This document shows, in pieces, positions 18,675 to 26,483 of a stretch of 64,000 bases of DNA. Origin of the DNA: Candidatus Caldarchaeales archaeon (GTDB taxonomy: Archaea; Thermoproteota; Nitrososphaeria_A; Caldarchaeales; Calditenuaceae); the NCBI GenBank assembly GCA_039630085.1, contig JBCNVM010000008.1, positions 7,179-71,178 of the forward strand. The letters are read 5' to 3'. Both the position numbers and the translations under genes were made by a program. The notes under the pieces are model-generated. The model had not been told where the DNA came from. It saw only the letters and a list, made by a program, of their open reading frames with translations, and ran no database searches. Within the stretch, counting starts at the first letter, position 1; each line of letters begins with the position of its first letter.

Positions 18675-19841
18675 TCAGGCCTTCCTCAGCAGGACCGCGC
18701 TCTCCCTCGTCTCGCCGATCCTCTTCACCCTCTCGTAGGTCGCGACCCTCTTCGCCAGCGCCATCACCCGCTCCACCTCGAACCCGAGCCTCCTCGCGAT
18801 CCTCGCGAGGACTAGGTCCACCTCGACGACGAGCCCCGGGTAGACGCCGCCGGAGACGACGTAGGCCGCCCTCCCTCCCCTCCTCAGCACCCTCAGGGCC
18901 TCGGAGAGGGACTGCTCGAGGTCGGCGAAGTACGCGACCGCCGATCCGGGGAGGCCCTCGGCCTCTGGAGGGACCCTGCCGGGCCTGGGAGAGAGCCCGA
19001 TGTAGGACCTGATCAGGTCCGGCCTCCGGCCCCCGAGGAACAGCTCCATCTCGATCTCGTAGACTCTGGTGTACTCGATCTTGTTCAGGTAGGGCGGCGA
19101 GGTGATGACCGCGTCCACCGACCCCTCTCCGAGGAAATTCAGCTCCCTCGCGTCCCCGAGGTAGATCTCCGCGGGCCCCGACTTCAGGGCGATCCTCTCC
19201 ACGTCTTCGATCATCTTCCTGACCTTGGACCTGAAGGCCTTCGGGAGATCCGGGACCGGCCGCCTCTCGATTTTAATGACCGAACCTTCCTTGACCGCGT
19301 AGGAGCACCTCATCGCCGCGGACATGAGGGCCAGCGTGAAGAACGCCTTGACGTCGCGGTCTCCGATGCCCGCGACCTCCTCCCTCAGCGAGAGGAGCTG
19401 GCGGAGGGTCTCGGACCTGAAGGCCCTCCTCACGAGCGGGCTGAGCCCCGAGAGGTCGTGCGTCCTGAACCTGACCGAGGCCAGACGCTCCGCCTCCGCC
19501 CTCAGCCTCTCCGGGTCGTACCTCCTGGTCTTCGCGAAGCTGATCAGGACCATGAGCGGCGAGGCGTCCACGCCGACGGCCCCCAGCCCCAGCTCCATGC
19601 AGGTGAGCGGCGTCGTCCCCGACCCCACGAACGGGTCCAGCACCACCTCGCCCTCGCGCAGGCCCATCCTCTTGATCAGCAGCTCGACGAGGTCCCTCGA
19701 GAATCCCTCCTTGAAGTGGAACCACCTGTGGACCGGATATGCGAGGTTCGGCTCGAAGGTCGGGAGCCTCCAGAGGTCGTAGCGGAGCTCGAAGGCGAAC
19801 TCGTCGGCCCCCTGGCCCTGGACGCCGTCGGAGAGCGTCAC
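18675..19841 (-). CDS. SAM-dependent N6-adenine/N4-cytosine DNA methyltransferase, alpha-class motif order (orphan)
   Basis: VLDPFVGSGTT (motif I) comes about 170 aa before ITSPPYLN (motif IV). I chose a GTG start at 19839-19841 that overlaps the upstream TGA (GTGA). The track ORF extends to 20117 as Arg/Pro-rich sequence overlapping the previous gene. Confidence 0.7.
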   Translation of the reverse strand: MTLSDGVQGQGADEFAFELRYDLWRLPTFEPNLAYPVHRWFHFKEGFSRDLVELLIKRMGLREGEVVLDPFVGSGTTPLTCMELGLGAVGVDASPLMVLISFAKTRRYDPERLRAEAERLASVRFRTHDLSGLSPLVRRAFRSETLRQLLSLREEVAGIGDRDVKAFFTLALMSAAMRCSYAVKEGSVIKIERRPVPDLPKAFRSKVRKMIEDVERIALKSGPAEIYLGDARELNFLGEGSVDAVITSPPYLNKIEYTRVYEIEMELFLGGRRPDLIRSYIGLSPRPGRVPPEAEGLPGSAVAYFADLEQSLSEALRVLRRGGRAAYVVSGGVYPGLVVEVDLVLARIARRLGFEVERVMALAKRVATYERVKRIGETRESAVLLRKA

Positions 19842-20698
19842 GCCTGCTTCTGGGACGTGAGCTTCTTGTACAGGTAGAGGATCGCGTACTCCCTCGGGAC
19901 CTGCTCGTCCTGGACGACCCTCGCGATCGCGTGCTGGAGCTTGGACTCGTCGAGGGGCTTCGACTCCTTGAGCCTCTTCAGATACTCGGGAGCGAGGTCG
20001 GCGTAGGTCGTCAGCTTGTAGATCAGGTTCGGGAGGTTCCTGAGGAGCTCCAGCTTCTGGAGGAGTTCTCCCCTCGCGGACATGATCCGTGCTATCTCGT
20101 CCCTGATCCTGCTGCACTCGGCCTCGAGCTCGGCTATCGAGAGTTGGCTCTCAGACCTGCCCCCGGCCCTCGCCTCGTAGAGATACTCGAGGTCGACGGA
20201 CTTGTCGAAGAGCACCTGCTCGAGCTCCGAGATCACCGAGTCCATCTCGTTGACGGCCTGCTGGATCACCGCCTCGACATCGCCGGCGCTCGCGAGGACC
20301 CTGCTCCTCTCCGCCTCGAGCTCGCTCAGCTTCCTCTTCACCACGGCCAGGTTAGGCGTCGGGTACTTCTCGACGAAGACCCGCTGGATCGACTTGTCGA
20401 GCGTCTTGATCTCCTCCATCCTCGCAAGGAGCTCCTCGAACCTCGCCTTCGCCCTCCTCGCGCCCTCCTCGGCCCTCCTGACCAGCTCCTCGGTCTCGGG
20501 GCTCACAGTCGCCTGACGGGGCTGCTCGGGGACCGGCTGGACCTGCGGGAGCTCCTCGACGGGCTGCCTCTCCTGAACACCAGCCGGAGGGGCCTGGGCG
20601 ACGGGAGGCTGGGCAAATGGGTCCTGCTGCTGGGGCTGGTCGAGGGGACGCCTCCTGATGATGATCCTGCGGCGCTGGTCGAACGTCACTGCCTCCAC
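19838..20698 (-). CDS. Hypothetical protein: P/Q-rich N-terminus followed by a long coiled-coil
   Basis: 286 aa. QPQQQDPFAQPPVAQAPPAGVQERQPVEELPQVQPVPEQPRQ is followed by heptad-like helical sequence. It overlaps the JAMM gene by 13 nt and the MTase gene by 4 nt. I recognise no family. Confidence 0.6.
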   Translation of the reverse strand: MEAVTFDQRRRIIIRRRPLDQPQQQDPFAQPPVAQAPPAGVQERQPVEELPQVQPVPEQPRQATVSPETEELVRRAEEGARRAKARFEELLARMEEIKTLDKSIQRVFVEKYPTPNLAVVKRKLSELEAERSRVLASAGDVEAVIQQAVNEMDSVISELEQVLFDKSVDLEYLYEARAGGRSESQLSIAELEAECSRIRDEIARIMSARGELLQKLELLRNLPNLIYKLTTYADLAPEYLKRLKESKPLDESKLQHAIARVVQDEQVPREYAILYLYKKLTSQKQA

Positions 20699-21324
20699 CA
20701 GGCTATCCTGCTGATGAGCTCGTTTAAGTAATAGAGCAGCCCCCTGCCCTCGCTTCCCCCCGGATCAACGAAGGAAGGCGCGGAGTCGTCGGGGTACGGC
20801 GTCGCGGGCAACTCCCGGCGGACGAGGAAAGGCGGCACCCTCACCTCGCCCTCGACGAGCGTCGGCACCTCGACGACCAGGCCGCTGTCCTCCATAACCC
20901 TGAAGAACTTGAAGCACGAAGGCGAGAGGCCGCCGGACTTCGCGAACTCCCAGGGGTCCACGACCAGGGCCACGGCCTTCGGGTAGAGCCTCTGGTAGTT
21001 CAGCTGGGTCGCGTAGTCGACCGCGGAGAGGAAGACACCCATTCCGGGGTGGGTGTGGTACCATCCGACGACGTAGAGGTTCCCCCTCTGTCCCTCCAGC
21101 AGTTCGGAGAGCGCGGCCATCAGCGAGTCGTCGAGGGAGACGTGACCCGCGGAGCCCCTCTGCCTGCCGGTCACCGCGTCAGTCACCAAGAGCTCCTCCT
21201 TCCTCTCCCTCCCGATCAGGAGCCCCGCGACCTCCCTCCTGGGGTGGCTGAGCCCGTGCCTCATCACCTTCGCGAGGGCCTCGCCCGAGACCCTGATCAC
21301 GACCTTTCCGGGCTTGCTGGCCAC
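20686..21324 (-). CDS. JAMM/MPN+ metalloprotease (Rpn11/CSN5-like putative deubiquitinase)
   Basis: REVAGLLIG (conserved Glu) plus GWYHTHPGMGVFLSAVD give a complete E...HxHx7Sx2D JAMM motif. 212 aa with a roughly 80-aa C-terminal extension. Confidence 0.85.
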   Translation of the reverse strand: MASKPGKVVIRVSGEALAKVMRHGLSHPRREVAGLLIGRERKEELLVTDAVTGRQRGSAGHVSLDDSLMAALSELLEGQRGNLYVVGWYHTHPGMGVFLSAVDYATQLNYQRLYPKAVALVVDPWEFAKSGGLSPSCFKFFRVMEDSGLVVEVPTLVEGEVRVPPFLVRRELPATPYPDDSAPSFVDPGGSEGRGLLYYLNELISRIAWWRQ

Positions 21325-21477
21325 CGGAGGTATTTATGCGGATTCCCCGTGAGGTCCGCGTCCGTATTTCGTGCCGAATCATGCGGGATGACCCCGGATG
21401 GGCCCGAGTAGGCCAGACCCCGAAGCCTCCGGGGACAGGTCACGGCTTAATACGGATGAGGCAGACGCGGCCTCCGG

Positions 21478-22476
21478 ATGGAAGGGGAGCCGGTGAGGGT
21501 CGCGGTCGTCGGCGCGGGGTTCTGGGGGAGGAACCACGTCAGGGTGCTGACCGAGCTCCGAGGGTGCGAGGTGACCGCGGTCTGCGACGTCGACTTGGCG
21601 AGGGCGAAGGAGGTCGCGAGGAGGTTCAGGGTCGAGAGGTACTTCACGGACTACAGGGAGCTCCTGAGGGACGACGAGGTCGACGCGGTCACGGTCTGCA
21701 CGCCCTCGACGACCCACGCGAGGATCGCCGTCGACTTCCTGACCTCGGGGAAGCACGTCTTGGTCGAGAAGCCGATGGCCTCGAGCGTCGGGGAGGCCAT
21801 GGAGGTCGTCGAGGCCCAGAGGTCTTCGGGGATGAAGGTGATGGTGGGACACATCGAGCGCTTCAACCCCGCGGTCGTAAGGGCAATGGACGAGATCGGG
21901 TCGGGGACGATCGGCGAGCCGCTCCTGATCTACGGGAGGAGGATCGGGCCGTGGCCGGAGAGGATTGGCGACGTGGGCGTCGTCCACGACACCACGATCC
22001 ACGACATCGACCTGGCCTACTGCGTGTTCGGCTCGCCACCGTCGGGCGTCTTCGCGGTCGGAGGGTCGCTGATCCACGCGAAGGAGGACCACGTCCAGGT
22101 CACGCTGAGGTTCGACTCGGGGAGGTCGGCGGTCCTCGAGTCGAACTGGCTCACGCCGAGGAAGAAGAGGGAGATGTACATCACCGGGACGCAGGGCGTG
22201 ATCAGACTCGAGTTCCTCACGAGGGAGGTCGTGATAGAGAAGAGCGAGGGCTCCTACTCGCCGATGGTCGGACAGATCGAGCCGCTCAGGGCCGAGCTCG
22301 AGGCGTTCGTGAGTTCGGTCGCGGAGGGGAAGGAGCCTGTCCCGAACCACATCGACGGCCTGATCTCGGTGGCGGTCGCCGACGCGGTCCTCCTCTCAAT
22401 CAGGACCGGGAAGGTCGTCGGGCTCGAGGAGTTCATCGGCGAGCACGGCGTCAGTCTGAGGTCCCTGAGGCCCTGA
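21478..22476 (+). CDS. Gfo/Idh/MocA-family NAD(P)-dependent oxidoreductase
   Basis: VAVVGAGFWGRNHVRVL Rossmann N-terminus and an EKP motif (VLVEKPMA). 332 aa. A TATA-like CTTAATAC lies about 27 nt upstream. Confidence 0.85.
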   Translation: MEGEPVRVAVVGAGFWGRNHVRVLTELRGCEVTAVCDVDLARAKEVARRFRVERYFTDYRELLRDDEVDAVTVCTPSTTHARIAVDFLTSGKHVLVEKPMASSVGEAMEVVEAQRSSGMKVMVGHIERFNPAVVRAMDEIGSGTIGEPLLIYGRRIGPWPERIGDVGVVHDTTIHDIDLAYCVFGSPPSGVFAVGGSLIHAKEDHVQVTLRFDSGRSAVLESNWLTPRKKREMYITGTQGVIRLEFLTREVVIEKSEGSYSPMVGQIEPLRAELEAFVSSVAEGKEPVPNHIDGLISVAVADAVLLSIRTGKVVGLEEFIGEHGVSLRSLRP

Positions 22477-22571
22477 CCGGCCCTTCGCGGTCCACCTGAT
22501 CGAGGGCCCGCTCGAGCTCCGCGACGAGGTCTCCTGTAACGCTGATATCGCAGCGACGTCGAAGGGCCGCC

Positions 22572-23612
22572 GTGAGGGAGCAGAGGACGCTCTACTGGAA
22601 GGGCTCGAAACTGTACATCTTGGACCAGAGGGCCCTCCCTCACAGGGTGAGGTACGTCGTTGCGAGCGACTACAAGCAGGTCGCGAGGGCGATCAGGGAC
22701 ATGACTGTGAGGGGAGCTCCGGCGATCGGCGTAGCTGCGGCGTACGGGCTCGCGCTGGCGGCGCTCAGGACTAAGAGGCTCAGCCCCCAGAGGGCCCTCG
22801 AGAGGCTCCAGAGGGCCGCGGAGGTCCTCAGGTCGACGAGGCCGACCGCGGTCAACCTCTTCTGGGCGATCGACAGGGTGATGGGGAGGGCGGAGAGGGC
22901 CGCGGCGAACGACGAGTCGGTAGCGGACGCGGTGCTGGACGAGGCCCACAGGATGGCCGAGGAGGACGTCGAGGTGAACAGGGCGATCGGGAGGAACGGA
23001 GCCCAGCTCGTGCGGGACGGAGCCCGGGTGATGACCTACTGCAACGCCGGGACCCTCGCGACCGTGGGTTACGGCACGGCCCTCGGCGTGATTAGAGCCG
23101 CGGTCGAGCAGGGGAAGAGGGTCTTCGTCTACGTCCCCGAGACCAGGCCGAAGCTGCAGGGCGCGAGGCTCACCTCCTTCGAGCTGAAGGCCGCGGGGAT
23201 CGAGCACAGGGTGATCTCCGACAACGCGGCGCCGTTCCTGATGAGCAGGGGAGAAGTGGACATCGTGGTGGTGGGGGCCGACAGGATCCTCGCGACGTCC
23301 GGCCACGTGATCAACAAGATCGGGACGCTATCACTCGCGTTGGCAGCCAACCACTTCGGCGTTCCCTTCTACGCCGCGGCACCGGTCAGCACGATCGACT
23401 TCGTCAGGAGCCTCCCGCAGGTGAAGATCGAGGAGAGGGACGAGAGGGAGGTCCTCGAGTTCGCGGGGAGGAGGGTCGCTCCGAGAGGGGTCAGGGCCGT
23501 CAACTACGCCTTCGACGTTACTCCCCCGGAGCTCGTGAGGGGGATCATCACCGAGAGGGGAGTCTTCAGGCCCGACGAGCTGATGGCCCTCAGGGAGCGC
23601 GCCGGGGTCTGA
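22572..23612 (+). CDS. mtnA: eIF-2B alpha/beta/delta-family isomerase (methylthioribose-1-phosphate or ribose-1,5-bisphosphate isomerase)
   Basis: LYILDQRALP, VRGAPAIGVAAAYG, TRPTAVNLFWA, CNAGTLAT, ETRPKLQGARLT, VVGADRI. GTG start. Confidence 0.85.
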   Translation: MREQRTLYWKGSKLYILDQRALPHRVRYVVASDYKQVARAIRDMTVRGAPAIGVAAAYGLALAALRTKRLSPQRALERLQRAAEVLRSTRPTAVNLFWAIDRVMGRAERAAANDESVADAVLDEAHRMAEEDVEVNRAIGRNGAQLVRDGARVMTYCNAGTLATVGYGTALGVIRAAVEQGKRVFVYVPETRPKLQGARLTSFELKAAGIEHRVISDNAAPFLMSRGEVDIVVVGADRILATSGHVINKIGTLSLALAANHFGVPFYAAAPVSTIDFVRSLPQVKIEERDEREVLEFAGRRVAPRGVRAVNYAFDVTPPELVRGIITERGVFRPDELMALRERAGV

Positions 23613-23622
23613 GGGGGAGGAG

Positions 23623-25023
23623 TTGGGCTACGACCTCGCGGTGATAGGCGCGGGACCAGCGGGATACGTGGCCGCGATCAGGGCCGCTCAGCTCGGATTG
23701 AAGGCCGCGGTCGTCGAGAGGGAGTCCGTCGGAGGAGAGTGCCTGAACTGGGGCTGCATACCCTCGAAGGCGATCATCGGCGTCGCGGAGGCTGTCCACA
23801 GGGCCGGATGGCTGAAGGAGGTCGGGGTCGAGTTCGGCCGGCCGAGGGTCGACATGGCGAGGCTGATCGGGTGGAAGGACTCGGTCGTGAGGAGGCTCGT
23901 CAGCGGGATCGAGTCGCTCTTCAGGGGTCACGGGATCGAGCTCGTGAGGGGAGAGGGCAGAGTCGTCTCGAGGGGCACCGTCAAGGTGCAGACCGGCTCA
24001 GGGACCCAGACGCTGGAGGCGAGGAGCGTGCTGATCGCGACAGGGTCGGCGCCGGTCGAGCTCCCCCAGATCCCCTTCGACGGCGAGAGGGTCCTTAGCT
24101 TCAGGCACGTCTTCTCGCTCCGGGAGCTCCCACAGAGGCTGCTCGTGGTCGGAGGGGGAGCGGTGGGCCTGGAGATGGCTACCGCGTTCAGGAAGCTCGG
24201 CTCGGAGGTGACCGTGGTCGAGTTGATGGACAGGGTCCTCCCCGCGATGGACAGGTCCCTCTCGGCCGCGGTGCAGAGGAGGCTCTCGGAGCTCGGCGTG
24301 AGGGTGATGCTCAGCTCGACGGTCGTGGGGCACGAGAAGCTCAACGGCTCGGTCAGGGTGAAGGTTAAGGGGCCTGCGGGCGAGGAAGTCGTCGAGGCCG
24401 ACAGGGTGCTCGTCTCGGTCGGGAAGAAGGGGACAGGGGCGCCGGTCGCTGAGGGCCTCGGCGTGAAGGTCGACCCGAGGGGGTTCGTCGTGGTGGACGA
24501 GGAGTGCAGGACAGGAGCCGGATGGATATGGGCCGCAGGCGACGCGACCGGGCCACCCTTCCTCGCACACAGGGCCTACAGACAGGGCACGATCGCTGCG
24601 GAGTCGGTCGCAGGCCGCGTCACCACCTGGAGGCCGAGGCACTACCCGGTCACCGTCTTCACGGACCCGGAGGTCGCTTCGGTTGGGATGACCGAGGACG
24701 AGGCGACCTCCTCCGGCAGGAGGTTCAGGTCGGTCACGTTCCCGCATGCCGCGCTCGGCAGGGCGATCGCCCACGGCGACCCGATCGGATTCGTGAAGGT
24801 CATGGTCGAGGAGGAGAGCGCGGAGGTCCTCGGGGTCCACGTCGCGGGCCCTCACTCATCAGAGCTGGTCTCGGAGCTCTCGGTCGCGATGGAGAACTAC
24901 ATGACGCTCGAAGACCTGCTCAGGGGAGTCCACCCGCACCCGACCTTCTCGGAGGCGATCGCCGAGGCCTTTGAGGCCGCTCTCGGGAGGCCGCTGCACG
25001 TACTTCGTGCTCACCGCATGTGA
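23623..25023 (+). CDS. lpdA: Dihydrolipoyl dehydrogenase (pyridine nucleotide-disulfide oxidoreductase class I)
   Basis: VIGAGPAGYVAAIRAAQLG (FAD binding), GGECLNWGCIPSK (redox disulfide), VVGGGAVGLEMA (NAD binding), and C-terminal HPHPTFSE. Confidence 0.9.
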   Translation: MGYDLAVIGAGPAGYVAAIRAAQLGLKAAVVERESVGGECLNWGCIPSKAIIGVAEAVHRAGWLKEVGVEFGRPRVDMARLIGWKDSVVRRLVSGIESLFRGHGIELVRGEGRVVSRGTVKVQTGSGTQTLEARSVLIATGSAPVELPQIPFDGERVLSFRHVFSLRELPQRLLVVGGGAVGLEMATAFRKLGSEVTVVELMDRVLPAMDRSLSAAVQRRLSELGVRVMLSSTVVGHEKLNGSVRVKVKGPAGEEVVEADRVLVSVGKKGTGAPVAEGLGVKVDPRGFVVVDEECRTGAGWIWAAGDATGPPFLAHRAYRQGTIAAESVAGRVTTWRPRHYPVTVFTDPEVASVGMTEDEATSSGRRFRSVTFPHAALGRAIAHGDPIGFVKVMVEEESAEVLGVHVAGPHSSELVSELSVAMENYMTLEDLLRGVHPHPTFSEAIAEAFEAALGRPLHVLRAHRM

Positions 25024-25192
25024 GCTTCCCTCCAAACCATCGTCCAGTGGCCAGAACCGTCTTACCGCGCCCTTGAACGGAGGAACTTTCCATTTAGCCA
25101 AAGTGAAAGCTGATTCGCTTGACAATTTTTCAGAAAGAATTAATGGGTGTCGTGAAGTAACCGTGAAATGCGCCTTATCATCTTAACGAGAG

Positions 25193-25205
25193 ATTATACA
25201 TAAAT
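25193..25205 (+). promoter_or_regulatory. A/T-rich TATA-like element (ATTATACATAAAT) upstream of the secreted-protein operon
   Basis: The strongest A/T block in the 182-nt spacer after lpd. It lies 25-37 nt upstream of the second in-frame ATG (25230, MNRLRNAAL...), which argues for a leaderless start there rather than at 25206. Confidence 0.4.
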
Positions 25206-25661
25206 ATGAACAGTAATCATGAACTATTGATGAACAGGTTGAGGAATGCGGCTTTAGTAATTGCGCTGGCCCTGATAGCGGCGATAACGGCGCTGGCGAG
25301 CTACGCGGTCGTGATCGGCCTGCAGAGCAGCGATGTGGCCCAGCTCGGAGGGACGTACTTAGTCGACGTCACGTGTCCGGAGGCCAACTGCCAGATCAAC
25401 AGGGTCTACTGGACTCTGAGCACCACGCCCCCGTTCAGAGTGACCCACGCCAACGTCGTCTGGGACACCGCGAAGACCGCTGGCGTGACTTACACCGTGT
25501 ACGTGGTCCTCTACGACAGCACCGGCACTAACGTCATCGGCAGCGGGTCCGCAACGCAGTCAGCTTCCTCGTCGACGGTCACCACGCAGGTCCCCGTCTC
25601 TCCAAACCCGCGACCGAGGGATGTCTACTACGTCGAAGTGGTAATCGTTGAGAACCCCTAG
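25206..25661 (+). CDS. Small secreted beta-rich protein P1 (putative fibre/pilin-like subunit, SipW-type signal peptide)
   Basis: A basic N-terminus plus hydrophobic helix ending in ASYAVVI, then QLGGT, then a Thr/Val/Ser-rich beta-strand sequence (VTYTVYVVLYDSTGTNVIGSGS). Two Cys. The likely true start is 25230. First gene of a tight five-gene operon with a signal peptidase. Confidence 0.6.
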   Translation: MNSNHELLMNRLRNAALVIALALIAAITALASYAVVIGLQSSDVAQLGGTYLVDVTCPEANCQINRVYWTLSTTPPFRVTHANVVWDTAKTAGVTYTVYVVLYDSTGTNVIGSGSATQSASSSTVTTQVPVSPNPRPRDVYYVEVVIVENP

Positions 25662-26103
25662 ACCCCTAACATTATTTCTGGTCGTTTTTTCGGTAGCCAT
25701 CTCAGCCTTCTCGGTAGCCATATCAGTCCAGCAAGTAGACAGATTGCCGGTAAAAAACGAGGTGATTTACGAACTGGGTTACACGAGCGTGAGGAACTTG
25801 CGTATATTCCAAGTTATCCTCCTTCCTACTACTGGTACCTCAATCAATCAAGTTCAGTTATTCCTTGCGAGAGACGCAGGTCTCGTCATCATGGCGGTCC
25901 TTCAAGTTGGTTTGTACGATGAAAACGGAAACTTGCTCAGTACTGGTAGGACGTGCGTCAACCTTCCCGCGTCGGCTGGGACAAGCTCCCCAACGTTGTC
26001 GTTAACCCCCTCAACCGTGCCCCTGTATAACATCGCTTTGGTTAGGACCTGCGTGGTTGCTACGATCTTACCATGTCCCGCACCGACGGTGAACTGCTTA
26101 TGA
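25648..26103 (+). CDS. Small secreted beta-rich protein P2 (paralog of P1; Cys-rich C-terminus)
   Basis: TTG start overlapping the P1 stop by 14 nt. Signal-like LTLFLVVFSVAISAFSVAISV. LQVGLYDENGNLLSTGRT parallels VVLYDSTGTNVIGSGS of P1. Five Cys in the last 50 aa. Lowest GC in the window. Confidence 0.55.
   Translation: MRTPRPLTLFLVVFSVAISAFSVAISVQQVDRLPVKNEVIYELGYTSVRNLRIFQVILLPTTGTSINQVQLFLARDAGLVIMAVLQVGLYDENGNLLSTGRTCVNLPASAGTSSPTLSLTPSTVPLYNIALVRTCVVATILPCPAPTVNCL
25690..25731 (+). repeat. Imperfect 21-bp tandem duplication inside the P2 signal-peptide coding region
   Basis: tcggtagccatctcagccttc / tcggtagccatatcagtccag, with 15 of the first 17 positions identical. It encodes SVAISAF/SVAISVQ. 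Confidence 0.7.
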
Positions 26104-26477
26104 GGGGCAGATTTCTCCTGCTGCTGTTGCTGCTCTCCTTGACCTCCATGATGACGTATGCAGTGGCGATTAACGTAACAACGGTAAACCAGCTCGGTGG
26201 CACGGGTCAAGAGACCGTCCCGAAATTCGACTTCGCAGTCAGGAGTGTGACCGTACCATCTGGTCCAACCATATCCTCTGTCACTGCTAGCGTCCAAGTC
26301 ACACAACCCGGAACTTACTTAGTTCAGGCGAGAGTAACAGTGGGTGCCTGTACTCTTTCCGGCTCGACGACTGCGTTACTAGGCACGACGCCCACGACCG
26401 TGACGATTAACTTCCCGGGGTCATGCACGCGAAACGCACCAACCATCGTCCAAGTCACGGTGCTTCAGGCTCCGTGA
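26073..26477 (+). CDS. Small secreted beta-rich protein P3 (paralog of P1)
   Basis: Signal peptide RGRFLLLLLLLSLTSMMTYAVAI followed by QLGGT, as in P1. The mature part is Thr/Val-rich with two Cys. The likely start is the ATG at 26100, which forms an ATGA overlap with the P2 stop. Confidence 0.6.
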   Translation: MSRTDGELLMRGRFLLLLLLLSLTSMMTYAVAINVTTVNQLGGTGQETVPKFDFAVRSVTVPSGPTISSVTASVQVTQPGTYLVQARVTVGACTLSGSTTALLGTTPTTVTINFPGSCTRNAPTIVQVTVLQAP

Positions 26478-26483
26478 TCTGAC

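Noticed and set aside
17967-21324. Restriction-modification or other defence island around the methyltransferase
   Set aside because: No endonuclease, helicase-nuclease or specificity subunit is adjacent. The neighbours are ATP synthase subunit D, a coiled-coil protein and a JAMM protease, and the composition is native.
21336-22499. 387-aa + strand ORF overlapping the Gfo/Idh/MocA gene in another frame
   Set aside because: It is Arg/Gly/Glu-rich. The alternative frame (21478-22476) has a Rossmann motif and an EKP motif, and a TATA box at the right spacing.
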